Below, in pieces: positions 56,901 through 64,000 of a DNA stretch of 64,000 bases (within the stretch, counting starts at the first letter, position 1; every line of letters starts with the position of its first letter). The position numbers and the translations under genes are program-made. This stretch comes from the human T2T-CHM13v2.0 reference genome, Homo sapiens, in the NCBI RefSeq assembly GCF_009914755.1, contig NC_060932.1; one strand, 5' to 3'. The notes under the pieces are model-generated. The model had not been told where the DNA came from and did no database searches. It saw nothing but the letters and a program-made list of their open reading frames with translations.

Positions 56901-57620
56901 AAACAGTAGGTGGAAATAAAAATGTGAAGCAATATTAAATAAATACTTATGCAGGTGGTATGTCAAATCAAAATAACCCCACAATTGTAAGTGGTTTGTA
57001 AAAGACTGAAGTCAGGGAAACCCTGATTTTGTACAATTCCTTTACGTTAAAGATGGCACCCGGGACCAGGGAATGCAGGAGTTACTTGATCAGAGACCAT
57101 AGGCAATGAGTAGCTAGTGGCTCTGTGACTATAACCAAAGCTTCAACTCCCAGTCCAGTGCCTTTTCTGATGACATATGCCCTGTGCCAGGTTTCATACC
57201 CACTGGTTTCAACCCTCACTTTCTGGCATCCTCGTATTTCTGCCTCCCTACTCAGCCATCTGCCACGGTCATACCAGCACCTTCGATTTGACAGGTCTGA
57301 AACTTATTAATATAAAGTACTTCACCTTTTTGCTCAGTGTCTCCAGAGCATTTGGGTAGCCATGAATTGGTAACAGGAACTTGACCTTCTGTCTCTGGCT
57401 GGAGCAGTCCCCTATTCATTTTCTATTGGTTGAAAATGAACTGCAAAGCAAACTCAGAGATCTCACAACCACACTTATTTTCACGATTATAGTAATTGAA
57501 ACCACACTGATTATTTCTGCAACATGCCATTATTTTCTAATCATTTCAAAGCATTTCCAGGTATTATTGTTTAACTTGAAAGCAAAATGCATAACACTGC
57601 TTTTGAAAGAGGAAAGAGGA

Positions 57621-57935
57621 GGCTGGGCACGGTGGCTCACGCCTGTAATCCCAGCACTTTGGGAGGCCAAGGTGGGCGGATCACAAGGTCAGGAGATGGA
57701 GACCATCCTGGCTAACACAGTGAAACCCCATCTCTACTAAAACCACAAAAAATTAGCGGGGTGTGGTGGCAGGTGCCTGTAGTCCCAGCTACTCAGGAGG
57801 CTGAGGCAGGAGAATCGCTTGAACCCAGGAGGCAGAGGTTGCCGTGAGCCAATATCGCACCACTGCACTCCACTCCAGCCTGGGCAACAGAGCAAGACTC
57901 CATCTCAAAAAAAAAAAAAAAAAAAAAGAAAGAAA
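57621..57935 (+). mobile_element. AluSc/Sc8-like
   Basis: ggatcacaaggtcaggagat..accatcctggctaacac with an S-type right arm (aatcgcttgaacc). Small duplication cactccactcc. Confidence 0.9.
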
Positions 57936-58134
57936 GAAAGGGAAAGAAAGGGGAAAGCGGGGAAGAGTAAAACCATCCTCTTCTTTCTTGGAAAAAGGAT
58001 CACCTCAAAAAGACCCTCAACAGGTCTATATTGGATAGCTGTTTTCCACCATTGTAGTTTGGGGTGGACTCTTCACCTTATAAGAATGCCACCTGAGTTC
58101 AGAGTTGCTGTGGTGAAGACGAAAGGGGGCTAGG

Positions 58135-58310
58135 TTTGGTGTGATATGCCTTCAGGAAAGTCTCTCATCTCCCTTTAGGTTCTTCATCTATGAAATGGGG
58201 ACAAGAAACCTCCTACTTATCCTATAGGGCTGTCATAGTGAACCCAGTGAGATAAAGTATGTGACAATGTCCTGTAAAATGTGCAATAAGGCTTACTGGG
58301 GGTTATTGTT
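58135..58310 (+). mobile_element. MIR fragment
   Basis: cttcatctatgaaatggggacaag...tagggctgtcatagtg...gagataaagtatgtga. Confidence 0.6.
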
Positions 58311-59999
58311 GATAAGCAGCTCAAATATTTTGCCTCCCCTAGTGGACATTTTATGTGGCATATCTTAATATTAAATTAAAATTAAAATATTAAATTAAAT
58401 TAAACTTAAAATGGCAAGGCTAGTTTGCCCCCATAACATATCTTAATGTAGATACATAAAACATGTTACAACATGTTACATTTATAATGATCTCGGGCTT
58501 GAAGTTTTGTAAGAAGTTTTGCAAGAAGTTTTGCATTTTCTTACAATGAGAAATTTAGACTTTGACAAGCTTACAATTACTCTTTCACCAGAATGATGTT
58601 TCTTCTAGATGGAAACACTTTGCTGCAGTTTTTTCCATGATAAGCAGTGCTGCATTCTGGGAATCCAGCCAGCTCCAATGGGGAACTGGGCAATATGGAA
58701 ATTTCAGTGAGCACAATACACAAAGTGATTCTATATTGGTATTAGATATGCAGATGATGCACTAAATGGGCTTATGTTTCTTCTCAAATACTTGTAATCT
58801 CTTTGCGTACTAAACAAAAGTGGGAATAATATTGATCTTTGGCTTCTATTGCATTGAGATTTGAATTCTTAAAGTGATTTGTGAGCCTAACTGGTATTTT
58901 TTTTTAATTTCGCAGATCACAATTCTGTTAACAGCAAAGGCTTAATCATTGCCTTTTCAATGTGTTTGGGTACAATAAAAGACCCTTGCTTTTTACCAAT
59001 GTGTGACAGTGCATCAACCTGAAAGAACAGGAAAAGCTGCTGCGATGAGAAACTCGACATCCAAGGTATGCACCATTTGCAAGTTTACACGTTGTTGGAT
59101 TTCAAATGGCAGGAGAGGAAGCCCTGTGGGCTGGAAGTTGACATGTCATTCTGTAGCCCTTAGCCTGACCTTTAAACATCTGCTCACACGCAAAAGACAC
59201 TGTGCTCCAAATTATTATTTTACCTCCAGGCTGGTAACAGTATCATCTTCCTGAATGACACCTTCACCACATCCACTCTTGTCAGGAAGGAAGCCTTTTT
59301 AATTCTCCAAAGCTCAAAGCCCACAATGTTCTACACAGTGACCTTGAGGGACTGATCACCCCTTGGTACTTGCCAACTACAGATTAATTTCTATTGTTTA
59401 GTCCAGAGAAAACTGTCAAGGAACTATGGATTCATGTAAGTCTCCCTGATGGGCTAAGTCACTTTAAATTTATTTGCAGATGAATTTGTTTATGATTAAT
59501 GTTTTGATGAGAATTACAGAACACATGAAGCTATTTAAAATTCTATTAGAAAACTTGTGCAGAACATCAGTAGAGATGAATATATTTGCCTCCATGTAAT
59601 AACTGCAAAATTGTTAAAAGAAAAAATAGAGGTTAAACTGTTCTATTTTGTTGACTAAACCAAGAGAAACAGAGCCAAAGACTGAATTTGAGGACTGGCC
59701 TCAAATAGTTTCCTGAAATGAAAATTGGGATGAGAGAAGCAGTCCAAATGCGATGAGAACCAACTTTTATTTAAATAAAGCTGTTAGAAGCTGGGAGAGA
59801 GTACTTTTCCTTACCTTGTTTTTCATTTTAAAATTACTCTTTCTCACTCAGATTGTGTCAGAAATTGACTAGAGATTATTGAAAAAACTTGTCATGTGGA
59901 CTATCTAAGACATTCTCCCTCCCAGCAACAAGAACAAAAATACACCAGAGGTCCATCAAAGATCAGGAACAGAGTTACTGGGAGATACATTTGGAGATG

Positions 60000-60085
60000 C
60001 TTTTTTCTTTTTCTTTTTCTTTTTCTTTTTCTTTTCTTTCTTTCTTCTTTCTTTCTCTTTCTTTCTTTCTTTTTTTTTTTTCTTT
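60000..60085. repeat. T/C-rich (TTTTC)n tract
   Basis: Directly visible. Confidence 0.9.
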
Positions 60086-60174
60086 ACGGTTGTGTGTCTT
60101 GGCACTGAATTGGAATCAAAGAAGGTATCTGGGCATGTAACACTTAGGCATTCAGGGGTATGTGTGTATATGTG

Positions 60175-60775
60175 TTTTAATTGAGGCAAAATTCACATAA
60201 TTAGCCATTTTAAAGTGCAGAAATCAGTGTTTTGTAAATATATTGAAAGGTGTGCAACCATCACCTCTATCTAGCTCTAAAGCATCATCATCCCCACTGG
60301 AAACTTCATGTCCATTAGCAGTCATTCTACATTGCCCCCTTCCTCCAGCCCTTGGCAACCACTAATCCACTTGTGTCTATGGGTTTGTGTATTCTGGATA
60401 TTTTAAACAAAAGGAGTCACACAATATATGCTCTTTTGTGCCAGTTTTCCACTTAGCATATTTTCAAGGTTCATCTATGTTACAGCATGTATCAGTACTT
60501 CATTCTTTCTTATGATGGAATAACACTCCATTGTAGGGATACACCTCATTTTGTTTATCGATTCATCATTCATCCACTGATGGACATTTAAGTTGTTACC
60601 ACCTTTCTGCTATGGTGAATAATGCTGCTATGGGCATGTGTATATAGGTGTTTGAATATTGGCGTCCACATTCAAATTTGAATACCTGTTTATCCCTAGG
60701 AGTGGAAGTACTGGGTCATCTGATAATCCTGTGTTTAACTTTTTGAGGAACCGCCATACCGTTTTCCACAGCATG
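60175..60775 (-). mobile_element. L1MB 3' end (L1MB7/8-like)
   Basis: aattgaggcaaaattcacataa, tgtgcaaccatcacc, ccagcccttggcaaccactaatc, tcagtacttcattct, aactttttgaggaaccgcca. Confidence 0.85.
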
Positions 60776-63699
60776 TGCTCCTTTACTTGTATGCGTGTAT
60801 TCCATCTCTTCTAACAACACTCCAGCAAAATAGGCCTACTGCAGGTAAACCTTTAGGTGGCCTGATCTTGAATCTTTTCAGAGTGGAGTAGATTCAATGG
60901 CAATTATCTCTTACATTTGGAAAACGTTTCTGGGGGCCTGCGGGTATGGGAATTTGCTTAGTCTGTTTTGTGAATCAATCCAAACTCCAAGTCTGTCTCC
61001 ACAGGGGAGGACAGATGCCATTATTTGGGAAATGTTAAATCCAGTAAAAATTTACTATGGTGTGGCCTTTTAAGACCTAGATCAGAAGTTGGAAATCTTT
61101 CCTTCCTTCAAATTTGTGTAGAGCATCAGGGAGACTTTTAAGTTACAAGCACTAAGCTCCTTAGACTGTTGAAGTCCTTCAGACTTTTGTTTTCTTGTGG
61201 TTTCCCAGGTTACATTGAGTCTTCTTACTCAACTCCATTTATCCAGGAACTGGGCTCCTGACTCTTGAGAGATGGAGAGAAGTGTGCTGGTGGGCCTGCA
61301 AAAGAAGATAAGTGGGGGCAGAGGAAATGGCTATGGAAAAGCACAGATATCATGAAGAGTTAGTGAGGGGATGGGCTCCTCTGTGGACTATGAATAAAGT
61401 GTTTACAACACTCTATGGCAAGTGGAACAAATCAGACTGCTGAAAGTCAGTAAGGAGTCTCTTGGAATCCCATATGAGACAGAGATTGCCTCTCTTAAAG
61501 TTTATCAGTTTTATTTTTGAATTGCTTTTATCCAAAACTAGAAAGAAAACTCCTTTACCCTGTCAAAAAACCAACAGACATGTCTGAACCCTACAAAATT
61601 GCCCAATCCATACACAGATACATAGAAATATGAGGTTTTGATAATTTGGAAAATCATCCAAACCATTGTTTAAATTTTAATACCTTACTTGTTTTCACTT
61701 AGCCTTTCCTGGAGGTTTCTAAGCTCTCCAAAATTAATAAATAAGAGAAGTAACTTAGCCATTTCTGTGAGTTGCTTATGTTAGAAAGACATCTCCAAAC
61801 TATAGTCTTTCAAGCACTCCTTTCCTTTGCAGATGGCTATTGATATAAATATTTCTCTAATTCCCTGAGCATTCAAATGGGCTGGAGTTTCATGTTAAAT
61901 CTGGACTTAAGAGAGAGTTCGGTCTCTCTGACTTCATATTATGGTGACTTTTCCATCTCTGCTCATTTATCAGGGAGATAACTTTCCGTTGGAATGGCTT
62001 TCTTGATCCTTGAACTATTAGTGGGATAGACTCTTATCTGATGGCTTCAAGAAGGGCCTGGTTTGCTTGTGGTGGCCAAAAAGGCCTTAATTGATACTGC
62101 AAATAGTTAATTTATGACCCCAGGTTAAACTGGAAACCTGATTTCTTGACTAGCATATTTAAGAGCTATTTCTTTTTTTCTCTTTGTCAATAGATCATAT
62201 TTAGTTATGCTGATCTGTTCTATTCATCCACTTTACCTTTGTGTAATAAAGTCTTTGAAAGTATTGCCTTTATATTTTCTCCTATTATTGAATAATATTA
62301 CCCATGAGATCAGAAAATATTAACAGTACCTCAAAGGTCATTTGTTTTTCCTGTCATCTAAAAACGGAAGAGTACATATTTAAAAATTGTGCTTCCAGGG
62401 ATTGGAATAGTCATGGATGTTAGGAGAAAGATTGAAAAGGGGCAAATCTGCTCCCAGGTCTTCTGGAAAAGCCAATGTCATGACTGTGTATTATTCTGAT
62501 AGGTGCAAGGTTGAGCCAGGGCAGGAGCCAAGATTGAAGATAAACTCTAGCTGGGATGTGGGTCACAAAATAGCCACTGCTGAGCTCCCTGGAAGGAATG
62601 TAGTTGACTCAGTTATGGGACAGTCTGGACTCCTTTCTCAGCTGTTTTCAAGATGCAGTGTGAGATGACATAAGGCGAAGTGTTGAGAACCCCAGTCTAG
62701 GGTCATATCCTGTGTTTAAAAATGTAGTTAAGAGGTTGGGGGCATGAATAGAGAAACTACCACTCAGAGGAGAGTGTACATACCCAGATGCACCATCCTT
62801 GGGCTCCTTTTACACCCTGCCAAGCTAGGTCCTCATGTTTATCCTGATTTTGATGTCAGACAGTCTCCTTTTATTTTCAGGGGGTCATAGATTCAGTTTT
62901 GCTTTCCATGCTTTTTCCTGAAAGTGTGCCACAGTGTTACTATACCTTTCCCCAAAGTGAGTCAGATGTGCTGACCATCAGAATACCAAAGTGGTGGTTC
63001 CCATAGCAGCCAGAACCACATGGAAGCAAACAATAAAATACCAACACTGTTCTCAAACCCAGTGGAGAACCACGGTCCCTAGAGTGAATTGAGGGTGTAT
63101 TCAAAACACTGTGCCTTTCTAAGTTGACATTTCTTTTCCAAACTGAAAGAGTTGTACCTCCTTCTCTGAAGGCATCTTCACTAAGTGAATATTAGAGCCA
63201 CACAGATTTTCCATGAAAGGACTCTCTTAAGTTTCCTCTTGCATGCTCGATTATGGCTAGGATGACGTTATATGGTGGACTCACATATAAGACCCTTTTG
63301 TGGACTTTCAAAGTAAAGCCAGATGTTAGCTGCTGCTTCCACAGAGACTAAATGAGGTTTCAGGTAAATCAGATATATGCATGATTATAAAATTGCATGG
63401 TCCATTTCATTGAAATCTGCACTGGTGCAGAACATGATCTCCACGGCACAACCTTAAAATATTGAGCTGAACATTTACCTGGAAATATTTTAAACTTACA
63501 TAGAATCATATTTGGGTGAAATAATTATAAGGACTCACCAGTTTTAGAATATTTACCTTTGGAACAAGGAGAAAGAAGAAGCACATGTTCTTACCAATAG
63601 AACCAAAAATTATCTTTTTGATTCTGTGTAAATAAAACCCAGAAGACATTAACAACATGGTAGGAAACAAGTAGGAAAATTTCCGAACAGATACATTTG

Positions 63700-64000
63700 C
63701 ATGCACACTAGGGAGACAGCATAGCTTAGGAGTGAAGAGTATAAACTCTGGGGACAGGCAGATATGGCAGTGGTGCCACTTTGACAAGCTTGTTACTTTA
63801 ACATCTCAAAGCCTGGACTACCTTCCTTTAAGAGGGCCATTGTACTGATAACATGAGTTCCCAGTTGATGAACGTTTACTGTGAGAGAGGCACTATATAA
63901 AACAGTTTACATTCATTACCTCATTTAATCCTCAAAACCACTTTATAAAGTAGTACTATTATTATCCAATTATGATTTAGGGAACTGTGGTAGAGATTGC
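63700..64000. mobile_element. Two MIR fragments (plus, then minus)
   Basis: actttgacaagcttgttactttaacatctc; cattacctcatttaatcctcaaaaccactttataaagtagtactattatt. Confidence 0.65.

Noticed and set aside
56300-57025. Possible additional old hAT element around the L1ME fragment
   Set aside because: Only vague similarity; I could not define the family or its ends.
58331-58346. Second CTCF-like motif (minus strand CCACTAGGGGAGGCA)
   Set aside because: The GGGC core is disrupted, too weak to call.

Overview
Human genomic DNA: an AluYa5 with all five diagnostic positions makes human origin very likely. The window is AT-rich and intergenic or deep intronic. I can support no host protein-coding exon; every long ORF in the track comes from LINE-1, Alu or simple repeats. 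Main contents: a 5'-truncated ~5 kb L1PA (minus strand) between two Alu halves; a ~1.9 kb L1PA2/3 fragment with a 13-bp TSD inside a Charlie1-type hAT element; six Alus; several solo LTRs (LTR18A, THE1, MST, ERV1, ERVL); DNA-transposon MITEs (MER44A, MER47, MER5, MER81, MER53, MER20); old L1M/L2/MIR/CR1 fragments; and microsatellites. The most unusual structure is a ~2 kb array at 36146-38136 of about 63 units of ~32 bp, each built on the hairpin AGTTCCA-GAAT-TGGAACT plus TTCCAG hexamers. It has higher-order duplications and ends in a fold-back junction with a MIR. Also notable are a diverged local copy of a unique+L2+L1MA composite (44.3-44.7 kb) inserted inside an L1M at 39.2-39.5 kb, and a near-consensus CTCF site at ~42.4 kb. 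Repeat subfamily names come from recalled consensus sequences, not a database search.
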